Assembly (NCBI GenBank): GCA_048772705.1
Contig: JBLWGC010000104.1
Coordinates: forward strand, 558,001-622,000
Length of the DNA stretch: 64,000 nt
From: Leidyana gryllorum EB-2025a
Taxonomy: Eukaryota > Protista > Apicomplexa
Direction: 5' to 3'
Part shown: in pieces, positions 1 through 11,783 of the stretch
How positions within the stretch are numbered: position 1 is the stretch's first letter
Layout: the number at the start of each line of letters is the position of its first letter
The notes under the pieces: generated by a model
Database searches by the model: none
What the model saw: the letters and a program-made list of their open reading frames with translations, nothing else
What the model was told of the DNA's origin: nothing
Translations under genes and position numbers: made by a program

Positions 1-301
1 CGGTGCTGATGGAGTGATTGCACAGCCCTTTGAAGATGACCGCGTGGAGATGCTGCTGGGGGCCCGGCAGCTGGGAAGCATTCCCTATTGCAAGGTAAAG
101 CACACACCTCCATCGCTCCGATGGTTTTCGTGTACATCGAGTGCTGCGAACCGGCCATGCCATCGCCAGAAAAAATGACTGCAAAATTATGAGCCGGACA
201 GCCTCGGATTGACACAAAAGCAGGATACAGAACTTGGATGTACTGAATGATAGTAGTTGTAGCAGTCGTGAAAGTTGATAAGGGAGTAACTCAGGTGAAG
301 C

Positions 302-1795
302 TCATGAAGTACTGGTAGAAAGGTCAGATAAGCCATCAATGTTCTGACAGATTGCTGTAGGTATATGGGCAATGCGAGCATGAAATACACTGCAGCGGTT
401 CACCAGCTTATCCCTCAGCACGCGGGCGAACTGCTTGCTGTCCGTAGAGCCGTGAACTCTTCTGTTGAGCCGAGCCAGATCCCGTAAGAAAGACAGACAA
501 CGCGGGTGATCCTCCACAAATTCATTTAGTGCAGTGGCGAAGGTGTGGTTCTGAGGCCACATCATGATATGTTCCATCAGACTTATCCTCTCATCCTTCC
601 TTATATAGGGACGTATGACGTGTCGCATCAGTGAGTTCAACCTTTCGAGGGGAGTATCGTCGGAGGTCAGGAGAGCCGCAGTCTCAAAATCTATGTCCAG
701 TGGGCCGTTCTTATAACCTGCATCATTCGCACACTCTTCATACCCGTCAGGATGACGATACCAAGTGAAGTGAGACCATTGGTGTGGTTTGGGGGACGGT
801 CGCACTATCCGAACTTCATATGAACCATCGACCACCAAAGTCAGGACGGCGTAAGCCGTGCCGTCCTTCACCATGTAGTAAACCCCTTCGTCTAGGTAGT
901 TGGACTGTGTCCTCCTCAAATGCGGGATTTCACACAATTTGGGGTACCTGTTGTTGAACCACCGCCAGATGTGGACTTTTGAAGGCCATCCTTCCCGTTC
1001 CGCCTTGAGCACCATTTGAAGAGCTCTGCTCACCCACTCTCTTGTCATTTGCTTCTGAAGGTGTGGTGAAGCCGCCTTGATAGCATCAAAATCAAGGCGT
1101 CGTTCCATGGCCTCTTCGATCTCCGTCCGTCCAGCCAACGCCAGGCGAACCTGCTCCTTCTTGTGCGCTAGGGTCACCCCGTGGAACCACGGCGCCAAAG
1201 CCTCGAGGGGCACAGTAGCTCGAATCAAACCGTTCCCACATCTCTCCACGTGGCTCAGTTCGAGGGAAGGAGTTACTACTGCGCCAACCGGCTCCAAAAA
1301 TCTATTCTCCTCTTCCAAAACCCATTGATCAGTGCGCAAAATCAATCTGAGATGAGTAGGGGTGTGGTCTGTGGGGTCGGTGAGCACTTCGCCAGTGTGT
1401 TCAATCCCATGTAAGAAGGCCAGAATGCCATCACGCTCGCCAACATTCCCCCATTCATCAACGACAGAGAGAAGCTGCACGAATCTGTCCCAGAAACGGT
1501 GTAAAGGGCTGAAGTTCTCAGTCGTCATAATTTGGTGAAGCGAAATCGATCCCAGTTGACGGAAGGAGAGCTCTATCGGGGCGCTGGAGGCGGTGGGAGC
1601 GTACCAATTTTGCTCGACGGGAGCACTCCAGACTTGGTGGACGGGCACGCTCGAGACTGCTGCAGTTTGTTGAAATGTGGAACAGGATGCCGCTGAGGCA
1701 ATAGCCACCCATTCCCATCTCTTGGAGAAAGCCGACTGATTGGAAGAAGGCCAACCGCCTGTCTTGGACTTGAAGTTGACCACTGTTTTGGGCAT
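302..1795 (-). CDS. Hypothetical protein (~495 aa)
   Basis: Long uninterrupted ORF with protein-like composition; no recognised motif; start uncertain. Confidence 0.6.
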   Translation of the reverse strand: MPKTVVNFKSKTGGWPSSNQSAFSKRWEWVAIASAASCSTFQQTAAVSSVPVHQVWSAPVEQNWYAPTASSAPIELSFRQLGSISLHQIMTTENFSPLHRFWDRFVQLLSVVDEWGNVGERDGILAFLHGIEHTGEVLTDPTDHTPTHLRLILRTDQWVLEEENRFLEPVGAVVTPSLELSHVERCGNGLIRATVPLEALAPWFHGVTLAHKKEQVRLALAGRTEIEEAMERRLDFDAIKAASPHLQKQMTREWVSRALQMVLKAEREGWPSKVHIWRWFNNRYPKLCEIPHLRRTQSNYLDEGVYYMVKDGTAYAVLTLVVDGSYEVRIVRPSPKPHQWSHFTWYRHPDGYEECANDAGYKNGPLDIDFETAALLTSDDTPLERLNSLMRHVIRPYIRKDERISLMEHIMMWPQNHTFATALNEFVEDHPRCLSFLRDLARLNRRVHGSTDSKQFARVLRDKLVNRCSVFHARIAHIPTAICQNIDGLSDLSTSTS

Positions 1796-2043
1796 CCACA
1801 AGCAGGAAGAACGAACTTTTTTTGGACGGATGCCTCCCCCATCAAATGATTTTCATATTGGTTTGGACCGAGGGGTACAAATCCACAATGAAATGAATAC
1901 ATGGGCCAGAGGTCCATTAGTGAATCTATGGAGAAATAATACTTTATGGTTTTCATTATCACTGAGTGGCGCAATGGTCGCAGGCACATTGTTTTGGCTC
2001 AAACGCCGCGAAGCCCGCCAATACAAAGGCACCAAACAACAGT

Positions 2044-3223
2044 TCAGTCCTGTTTGGCGGTAGTCGCTCGATGTCTCGTAGAAGATACAAGATATTTGAA
2101 TATAACGGCGGAGAACAGCATAGCTATGGCCACCCATTGCAGAAATGATATCGAGTGCTTATACCACACAACAGACAAAAGTATGGCCAAGAACTTCCGG
2201 GTAGTGGTTATAAGCGTCAAGTGAAGACTGCCGAGGTCTCTCAACACTGTCACCACCACAATCTGCCCCAACCCCCCGCAGACAACCACCATGACCACTT
2301 TGGGAAGAAAGTCGACCCATTGGTCAGCCAGAATCTTCCAAGGTAGAGAGCCTTCCATGATAGCAGATGCCAGGAGACACGTTGGAGTGGCAAAGATGTT
2401 CAACAAGAACATCATCTCGCCGATACCCAACTTGTATCGTGATATCACCTGGTCCTGCCGTGGACCAGTCATTCCATCAAAGGTCAAAGACAGAAACAAC
2501 AGACCGAACCCTATCAAACTAGACGACCCCGACGTGCTCCCAGATTTCAATTGCACTCCTTGAAATATCAATAACGATAACGTGACCACTCCCACCATCT
2601 GCAATGGTAATAGATAGTGACGCCGGAACCAATCAAACAATACTTACCACATAATCAGACAACGGATATCGCTTTCTGTACATAACCCAGCTACCAATCA
2701 CCACCGGAACAGCCTTAGCGCTCTTGACCAACACCTGCGTGGGAAAGTTCACTTTCGTCAACGCATAGTTGGTGCACGTCATTGCTCCCACATATGTCAG
2801 ACTCGTCAGAAACCCTTGCCAAAGCATGTCACGATGTTCTGGAGATGTCCGGACCCTCCCCAGTGCTTCTAACATTCTATATTGCCCGTTCATCATCATT
2901 ATCAGTAGCCCAACCAATCCCGAACTCGCGCATATCATGGCCACAATGAACGCTGAAGAGTCGAAACGACGACCAGTACTGATCACTTTCGTACTGTATA
3001 TAGCTTCTTGCAGATTGCCTTGAGTCAGGAACGTCACATATATTCCCACAACGCACAAAGCCACCCATCCCAAACTCCCACCATTGCCTTCACTGGCTGT
3101 TGTCTTCTTTGTCTTCTCTTTCTCACTCAAAGCCACTCCACCACCATCCAATTCTCGAGCATTCCCCTTCGATCCTCCGGCAACCACAGCCGAACCTCGC
3201 TTAGCCACCACAGGGCTCACCAT
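2044..3223 (-). CDS. UAA-family nucleotide-sugar (UDP-galactose) transporter, SLC35B1/HUT1-like
   Basis: Motifs GIYVTFLTQGNLQE, NYALTKVNFPTQVLVKSAK, DGMTGPRQD, LITTTRKF; many TM helices; GTAAGT..CAG intron 2599-2647 joins the two ORFs. Confidence 0.9.
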
Positions 3224-3273
3224 TACGCCTACCGATTTTTTGGCCACAGAATTCTACTCCAACAGTTATTCTT

Positions 3274-4472
3274 TCACACAGACTTAATCAGAGCACTGGT
3301 AGCTACATTTCGCTTCGCTAGCTGAGTCACGCTGTCCGCCAGACTATCCACCTGTTTGCACATCATAAGAGTTTTCATTTGATTGGGAATTTCCACCCTC
3401 TTCTCAAAGTTGCTCAGAGCGGCCTCCTCCTCGATGTGGAGCTCCTCTTCTCCGCCCAAACGACGCTGCTCGTTCTCATTCCGCTGACCACCAAACCAAA
3501 ATCAAGAAACGCCCACTCATATCTGCTCACCTTTCGCTCAATCGTGCGTTTCAAGTTCTGATGGAATCGCGATGAGTCTTTCTGGTACTTCGCCAGCCTC
3601 TCCGACTCCGCCGTGAACTCCTCCAGGGCCGAAGCCAAATATTGCATACCCTTCTCCAACTGGCTCGCTGCGTTCATCTGACTCCGCTCGTCCGCTGCCG
3701 CTCGGGCCTCAACATTCATCGGAATTTGACTCAGCAGATAATCCATTGCCACTGTAGATCTGGTCTTCACCGGCAACTCAGTCAAAAGTTCCGCATCAGA
3801 AAGAGTTCGCAAAGCGCTCCCACTCGGCAGCTCTCCACCTTCCTGCTTCCGACGCAACTGAATGTAACGATCGCTCAGGTGGAAAGCCCGGAAAGGGAAT
3901 TGGCCAGTCGCATTACGCTCCAGGTCGAAAGCGAGAATGATGGAGGCGCGGTCCACCTCAATCATTCGCTGATATAGCTGATCTATCGCAGCAGGCTCGG
4001 CAATGGCACGATGAGTCATCGTCTGGAACCAGCCAACCGACTGACAATCGGCGTCCACATAATGGAGGAGCTCGCGCACTTTCGATCTGTACTTTTCAAC
4101 TTCTCGCTTGTGCTTCTCCTCCAACTGACGAACATCAGGCCTCTCGCGAGGATTCCAAATATCGCGACGAGGGGGGGTCACGAAACAGTTCGAGACCTCC
4201 AAAGTACCAGGAGTAGTCTCCAACCCAACCAATTCTCCTGTCACCACACTTGGTGCATTCTCACAGCAGTGGCTTGCTATCCGCAACATACATTGAATGT
4301 CAAGGTAGACCTCCGTATTGGGGGCCGGCCCGATGGGAAGACTTGGTGCCGGAGCTGGAGCTTGCTGCTTGGTGTACACCGCCGGAGCTGGGGTAGCTCT
4401 CACTGGCGCATACGGCTTCTTCAAGCCGAGCGGTGGACCGTAGCCTCTCGTTAAGTCACGTCCAGCGCTCAT
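3274..4472 (-). CDS. eIF3h: Translation initiation factor 3 subunit H (non-catalytic JAB/MPN domain)
   Basis: LRIASHC..VTGELVGL..LEVSNCF..VGWFQT MPN signature; C-terminal helical region reached through an intron near 3480-3530. Confidence 0.75.
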
Positions 4473-4504
4473 CTCCTCCAAAAACACCAAAAAAACCCTA
4501 AACC

Positions 4505-5620
4505 TCAAACATTCTCCACATTTGGGGCTATCGAGCCAGCAAGATTCTCTCTCAGCAGCTCAAATACACATATTCCAGTAGCAACAGACACCGACAATGA
4601 GTCCCCCGCCACCTGGGGAATGTACAGCAACTTGTCACAAGCAGACATCACAGCCTCGCTGGACCCCTTATCCTCATTACCCATCACGAGTGCCCACTTG
4701 CGGTCATTTTGTGGCGCAATTACCTAGTTAGTGATTCTATGCCAGCACACCACCACCGATTGCCTTACCTCCTTGCCCAGAGGACTCGTGCCGAGAATAC
4801 GAATCCCTCGGCCTCTCAGAACCGTGAACGCAGCAACCAAGTCGTCCACTCGCGAAATTGACATGAAGGCGATAGCCCCCATAGATGTGCGAGCAGCGCG
4901 ACAGCCAACTGCGCTCCATGATGTCTTTGTACACAGCAAGGATCGTACACCCAAGCTATAAGCTGTTCTCATAATTAAGCCAACGTTGTCTGAGTTCCGC
5001 ACGTCATCTAAGATTATGATGGGGGGTTCCAACAGGTCAGCAGCAGCTTTTCGATCACGCCCCATCCGACAGTACTCCTCCCAGAGGTAGGCAGTGCCCG
5101 TCCATTCGAGCTGAGGATTCAGGGCGGGCCCCAAGCTCTCCAGTCCAGCGGGACTGATGTTCATAAGTGCTGCACAAGCTTGAGATTGGTTGACGATGAG
5201 TCCCACGACCTCCTCATACATATCGCGGGTGACGATGTAGACTCCCTCCACAAGAACTCTGGTTGCGATCAGGTCCTTCATCTCCTCCAACAGTCTGAGA
5301 AAATGGCACTTCAGAGCACAAAATGGAAGGACAACTTACTCTTCAGTCAGCATCAAAGAGACAAGCTCATGTATGCCGTTTAAAGCCCGTTGGACCACCG
5401 TCCGTGTGAGTGATAGGATCAATTTGTAGCCTCTGGTACAGATAACGGAGTTGAGGGCCGAATACGTAGCATGGTTACGGCACTTCGTAAGTCTATAATG
5501 CGATAACCGAATGTCATCAGCCTCGGCGATGTGATACACGGGGTTGCTGCCAATATGCCTCAGTGCAGGGCTAAGGTTCGCCGTCGCCTTCGCCAGAGCT
5601 GGGGGGACAGTCAATGGCAT
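4505..5620 (-). CDS. SpoU/TrmH-family RNA 2'-O-methyltransferase
   Basis: SPOUT motifs LDDVRNSDNVGLIMRTA, MGNEDKG, IPQ..DSLSVSVATGI spread over several exons. Confidence 0.88.
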
Positions 5621-6635
5621 GACTCTTTTCCCGAGCAAAAAAGGAACTGCCAGCTTTTCCAGTGAGTAAATGAATCAGGAAACCGAACATCAGCTGCATC
5701 CATACAACGCACTCTAGGCAGGCTTCAACCGTAGTCCGCATCGGAGATTCGGGATTCTCCAGTCTGTAATCTGATAGAAGTAGCCGTTGGCGTTCCTCTC
5801 GCTGACGAGGTGTCCGACTGGCATCATCAGTCTTCAGCAAACCTTTCCAATACCGCACTGTGTCATGAAGCAGGGAGGCTATGCTTGGCGGGTCATCAGT
5901 ATTCGCGCTGGATGATGGTAGACTGGACGCGATCTCAATAATGTGGTGATCACCATGTTCCTCGGTGCCACTGTCCACCGCTTCCAGCACCCTCCACGCC
6001 CCACCCGAATCCACTTCCTCGGATGTGATTACGGTGGTAAGGGTGTCGGCAGCCTCTTCTGCAGCCTCTTCGGTGCTGCTTGACTCTAGTGGTCTGCTAG
6101 ATTGCTCCGCAACACCATTGTTGCTGCCACAAGTGACTTTTGCTGGGGTGTCGCCTCCGCCTTCAAGCACCAGAGCCTTGGTATCGATATTGGCATTTGT
6201 CTCCCTCATTGGAAGGGGGCCTTCTGCCCTCCCGTCGGGATCAGGCACAGCCCATTTTGGTGATGGCAACTTCTCCAGAGCCAGGGGGGGAACGAGTGGG
6301 CGGTAACATGCCTGAGCAGTTGTTCCTGCTGCTGCCCGCATTCTTCGACTCGGAATGTTGACAGGGCCGCAGACCGGACCGATCCGACGAACCAATGCGT
6401 TTTTGCCAGTACGTTTAGGGATGGTGAAGGAAGTGCAGATTTGACGAACGTCAGCCTCATCCAAGTTGTGAGGTCTGCTGTCGCTCTTCTTCAACGAAAG
6501 CCTGAGCACTTTGGAGCTTGTGGGTGAGCTGGGAATAGTCCTGGACGGCTGCAGGTATGATTGATCACCACGACTGGCATTCTTCTTCGGCTTGTCCGCA
6601 CATTCAGAGCAATGTGATGGGGCTTGAGAGGGCAT
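5571..6635 (-). CDS. Hypothetical low-complexity protein
   Basis: ~350 aa ORF rich in S/E/P; 3' end uncertain because the ORF runs into the SpoU start. Confidence 0.5.
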   Translation of the reverse strand: MPSQAPSHCSECADKPKKNASRGDQSYLQPSRTIPSSPTSSKVLRLSLKKSDSRPHNLDEADVRQICTSFTIPKRTGKNALVRRIGPVCGPVNIPSRRMRAAAGTTAQACYRPLVPPLALEKLPSPKWAVPDPDGRAEGPLPMRETNANIDTKALVLEGGGDTPAKVTCGSNNGVAEQSSRPLESSSTEEAAEEAADTLTTVITSEEVDSGGAWRVLEAVDSGTEEHGDHHIIEIASSLPSSSANTDDPPSIASLLHDTVRYWKGLLKTDDASRTPRQREERQRLLLSDYRLENPESPMRTTVEACLECVVWMQLMFGFLIHLLTGKAGSSFFAREKSHAIDCPPSSGEGDGEP

Positions 6636-6713
6636 TATGTGTCTCGCACACGCGTGCGTTGAACTGACGAGATGTGCTTGCAATCATGATGTGTGACGGG
6701 TAATTTGGGGGAA

Positions 6714-8281
6714 ATGAATTGGTTTTGGATCTACTTCTCTTGGGTCGCCCGTCAAGCAATCGTATTATCGTTGGTGGCTAACTATGTTGTGAAGGTATGG
6801 CAGAAGCTATATGAAGGGCCAGATGGGCCGCGGACCAGTTGTACCGGCGTCCGTTTCATCAGTGCGCATATAAACTCTTTCAGTCGAGCGTTCTTGGATC
6901 CCAAGAGCGATGTCACGGGGAAGCAACCTCGGTGGATGAGGGGGATGGCTGGCCATATGTTCGAGGGCATCGCTCGCAGAGCAGCAAAGTTGGAAGCAAG
7001 CATTGACTATATAACCGAATTGGTTAACCGGCAGACGGACTCGGTGTGGGGGTTGATTTTGAGCTGGTTGTGGTTGTTATTGGTAGCCTTGGTGGAAACG
7101 AATGTTTGCCTTCTGGTGAAGCTTGGGTTTGCCGGATATGCTGTGGTTCGGCTCTTCAGTCCTTCCGAAAGAAGAGATTTTGACGCGAAGCGAGCGCAGT
7201 GGCACAACCTACAATCTCCTTCGAACGAAGTGGTTCGCAGAATACAGATTGTATTCATTCGACATGGGTGAGAGCGGGTGTGAGGTCGGATGCAAAGCTT
7301 TGTATCAGGGAGTCGATGTGGAATCGGACTTTCAATCAACGATGGAACTGGCGAGCACTCCATCGTGTGGTGATGACAATATTCTGGGAACTTTGTTTCT
7401 TGGGAGATCTTGACTCAGTAATTCTTGACTCACCATTATCTTCGGTTGGTGTGAGCCAAGCGAAGGATCTGCATGACTGGATCGCGAGTTCACAAGGCGC
7501 GACGGGGAATTTGCAGAAGTTCCGTCAATGTTTGAATGATCCTCACAGGCTCTTTGTCGCCAGCAATCTCAGGTGAGAGTAATACTTACAGATGTGCATG
7601 TTGACTTTGGTTCCACAGACGTGCTGTTTCGACATTGGGCATCGCCCTTACTAGTTTCCTAAGAGACACTGATAACTTACTGGTGACCTCTGACCTGCAG
7701 GTACGAATGACTGCTCTTTGTCTGTCTGTGAATCACTTGTGGCAGGAGGTGACTCGGAATCCCGATGGTATTACGTTGAGTACCACCAACTGTCCAGGAT
7801 TCCCTTCGATTTTCGAAGCAGGTGGGGATGATGTTTGTTGTCTACATGTATCACTTGGAATGCAGAATCGTTAAGTTGGGATATGAGCGAGTTTTACTTG
7901 GGCAAAGTCAATTGGGAGCGGAATGACGGCAATAGAGCCCTCCGGATTACTCTGGCAGAGAGGATAGAGTCATTCGTTTCGATGGTTGATCAGCTATCGG
8001 AGGTTGACAACATTGGTACAGTGATTGTTTGCGGTCACTCTTTATATTTGCGACACCTCCTACGATTCCTGACGCATCCTGATCACGGGGCACCTTCTCC
8101 AGCGTTCACACAGAAGGTGTCTAATTGCGGATTGCTGTCATTTGACATAGTAAAATCAGTGAGTTCCCCCATCATACATCAATCACCCGCGCAAATCGTC
8201 CAGGTGTCGCAGAAAAAGGATCAGGTGTACTATTCAGTAGACACTGAGACGATAGAACTGCTGCGAGGTCAGTTTATGTGA
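6714..8281 (+). CDS. Histidine phosphatase (phosphoglycerate mutase family) with N-terminal TM segments
   Basis: VFIRHG-ES across an intron, DSPLS..G..QA, SNLRRA, VIVCGHS, VSNCG motifs; several short introns. Confidence 0.85.
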
Positions 8282-8282
8282 G

Positions 8283-10829
8283 CTAGAAAGGGTCGAAACC
8301 CCAGACCTGAATTCGGAATCGGACTAGATCAAGTCAGAGCGATGGCAGCCTACCTGCATCTCACGGACAACAAAATCCTCCGAGACTGTGAGGGCCGTGT
8401 TGTCAAACGTAGAGCATTTGCTAGTGTTTCCTTGTAGCAGATCAGCGTCGATGGCGAACGCATAGGATCCGCTGTGCAGATGCGTACTCTGTACTGTTGT
8501 TCCTGTGTCTCAAAGCTTACCCTCCACCAAACATGATGCGCTCGCAATCCGAGTATATGAAGAAAGAATTCGCGCCTGACCAAGGGAAAACCTGCAGAAT
8601 GGGGCCAATCCCACTATCATTGCTGCTCAACAGTTCGCCACGGTGGTTGGACCCTTTGTGCCTTCCTAAGGGCTTGGTCTCCTCTGCTTTCTTGAAAGTG
8701 AATACGAATGTTTCTCCGCTTCCGTAATAGTGTCTGCTGTCCTTGAAACCGTCAGGGTTGTAGCCTCCGAAACACTGGCGAGGGGAGAGATCACTTTACC
8801 GACTACACCGCCTCGGCTTACATGATCGGATTCGTCTCGAATGAGCACTAGACTGGGCGAGTGCCCCTCCGTATGCCGATAGAACGACAATAAGCTCACA
8901 CCGTGTAGGTTGGTATCGAACAATAGAGTCCATTTACGCAATGCCACCGTTGGAGGTAAGGCAGCCGATAACTGGAGGGCCATGTGCTCGGTGAGCATGG
9001 CCACAGCCCCATCGGGCATGTCCAGTTTCGGAGGGGAGGTGCTGAGAATACCACTCTGTACCCGGCATACGGCAAGGATGGATTTTTACCGGAATAGCCA
9101 GGCCAATGACTCTGTTGAAGGACCGTGTGACCCACTTGCCCCTTCGCTCGCCTGCTCGCTCGACGACGGACCGTGGAGTCCGTCTGACTGCTGCGGCGAG
9201 CTCACAGTATCCAGACAGAGCGTCATCAACAGATCCAGAGAGTGATCTATGTGAGTGTCGGCGACTTGTCATTAATCGTGACTCACTCACTCGAGTAAAA
9301 AGGTACGAATAATGGAGGCGTTGCGCTCTCCTTGTTGGTTGTGGACACCGGGTTGCTTTGGATCTGGTCCACCTGGACCAAAGGATCGTCAACAACCTCT
9401 GTTAGCTCCAAGCCACCACTGCGTTTCGCAACCGCAGCGTTGTGCTCGTCGATGATTTCCAGTAGGAGCCGTGTCACTTCTCGGACGGCAGTCGTTGACC
9501 TGATGATGGGAAGGAATAGGAGTCAACATTATTACTTTCCTGGGTGTGTTCTCCATCACTGAATGTATGCCGGAACTCACCCAACTCGAAACAGAACAAA
9601 TGACTGAGGGTGATTGGGTCTCCGACACTGTAAACTATTTTGCTCTGGCGTTGCTGCGAGGGGAGTCGGCGGGAGAGGTGGATTTTCAAACAATGCAGCA
9701 GTTGTGTCGACCAACGACAACCGTTCTGAGGGAGCTGTCTTGAGTGCCCGCCCAGTGACGGGATCCAGCGTTCCACTTCGCCGTCTCATTCTTCCCGGTA
9801 CCTGATGCATATCGGCCAGACGCGCTGCCGACCTCCGCCGAGAGCTCTGGTTGCTGTCTATACTCCCATCACTGGCGCGGCTATTGAAGGACATCCGCGC
9901 CTGTTGGACAGTGGTTTGGGAATGCTCGAAATTGACAACTTTCTCGGTACGATCAATCTTCCTGTTGTGATTTGCGGTCACATGGGTTGCAGGCGAGAAA
10001 GACCGTCTGCGATCACTCTTGTCGGGTGAGATCCGTTTGCGATGTTTCGAAGATTGATGGTGGTGGCAAGTACGTAGCAATATTTGCAGCAGACCAATCG
10101 CGGGGTCCTCGTCCTCTCCGCGATGAGAATTGGCCCAACTGGGCAACTCCATCCCAGGCTTATCGGTTCGCTCCTCTGGGAGATTGAACAGACCTTCGAT
10201 CGCAGGTGTGCGCGGCAGAACCACAGCTGCTGTCTCCGACACCATGGAGATGGGGATCACCACCTGAAAGTCTCCGACCCCAGATCGGCGGACTTCCGGC
10301 CCTCGTCTGTCTGCAGACATGCATCTGGAAGCCTACGGCAAACCCCAGTCACCTGGCTCGAATGTCACCAGCTGCTCAGAAATGGCCAACATCCCGGGAA
10401 CCATCCCTTTTGGTGTGCAGTAGAAGGCATACTCTGCAGAGAGTCAGTCAGTCAGTCGATGGGAACAGATCTCTTTGGCAATGCAGCACGCAGTACAGAG
10501 GACGTATTGTGCGCGTTAGACATCCTGGAAACTGGAAGTGCAATTCTCACCTCGTCGAAAATGCTTCGTGGGCTGGACACCAGCTGATCTGCTGACCTCG
10601 TGCTCTCCGCTGGGCCGAGGAAACAGTCCCTTGGTGCCCACCCCTTTGACTTCACCAGTTTTCGCAAGTCGACCGTCGTCCACCTTGCGAGTTGCTGAGT
10701 GAAGAAAAGTAGATAGCCATCTTTGTGGCGGCCCGACGTACCTCGAGACCGTTCCGCCACCTCACGTATCCAACCAGCTTGGAATTTGGGCAGCGCCTGA
10801 CCTCTGAAAATATCAACCCCACTTGTCAT
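8283..10829 (-). CDS. OXR1/NCOA7-like protein (GRAM-like + TLDc domain)
   Basis: TLDc motifs WTLLFDTNLHGVSLLSFY, YYGSGETFVF and EDFVVREMQ|VWGF; GRAM-like exon GMVPGMLAISEQLVTFEP near 10350-10435; start uncertain. Confidence 0.8.
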
Positions 10830-11022
10830 CAACTCACCGCCGAACGTTGACGTCTCGGGCTGTCGATTGGAGGCGGGGACGAGTTGGGCATCGTCTTGGG
10901 TGTCACCCCTCCCTCCTACATTCAGCCATCTATGGGACTCTTTGAGCCACTGACCGTTAATGGGCTGTCTTGCGTTGACATCTGTCACCCCAAACTCTGT
11001 ATGTCGCAGTTCATGCAAAAAG

Positions 11023-11496
11023 TCAATCCTGTTTGGGGTGCTCGTGCCACCCCCGCTCCAGTCTATACAGTTCTCCACATCTCCAGAAGTGCAACTCGTT
11101 CGGCATCGGCCATTGGGGGGGTCGTATTTTGAGAGTCTCATTCAATCTGTTCCACCTTCGTTTCAACGCTTTCATGTCGAGACGTTCAGGTTGTTGGTCG
11201 ATATTCTGTCTGTCAGCAAAGATGGGGCGGTGTACCTCGTAACGACGATTTAACCGGATTGGGGGGTACTCTGGTGGCGGTTCGTAGCTGCTCAATGGGC
11301 GGACGTGATCACGATGATCCACACTCTCCACTTCCATTATCCGTTCGCAAAGCCGAACTATTCCATATTGGTTGGGACCCAATGGACGATGTGCCGTCTT
11401 GTGGAGGATGCGTTGGGCAGTGTCTCTGAGGGGGGACCATCCAGGGATGAGGGTACTGCCCCCCTCCCTGACTCTCGACTTGCGGGGAGGCGTCAT
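11023..11496 (-). CDS. Hypothetical protein (157 aa), or 5' exon of the TLDc gene
   Basis: ATG-initiated ORF with plausible composition; no motif. Confidence 0.4.
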   Translation of the reverse strand: MTPPRKSRVREGGSTLIPGWSPLRDTAQRILHKTAHRPLGPNQYGIVRLCERIMEVESVDHRDHVRPLSSYEPPPEYPPIRLNRRYEVHRPIFADRQNIDQQPERLDMKALKRRWNRLNETLKIRPPQWPMPNELHFWRCGELYRLERGWHEHPKQD

Positions 11497-11783
11497 GTCG
11501 ACATCTGGGATCAGTGGCTCGACATTGTGTCGGAATATCTGCTCGAGATCGAAAGCCGTGAGGTGCTCAACGTGAACCCCTGTGCGTTGAAGCTGAGCTA
11601 TGCCAAGAGCAGCTGGCGAGAATGTTAAAGTGTGTGTGTGCGTCTAAGTGGAGTATTGAGTTTGCTACCTGCGTACTCTACACATCTTTCTCTTTCAGCG
11701 GGAGAGACATGTATTGCGGTTCTGATAAGGTCGATGGAGGACGACTAGCGAGGGAGAGGACTCACCTCTCCAAGAGAGTATGA

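Noticed and set aside
2599-2647. Apparent frameshifts or pseudogenes across many split ORFs
   Set aside because: The cases I traced are explained by canonical short GT-AG introns; no evidence of recoding or an alternative genetic code.
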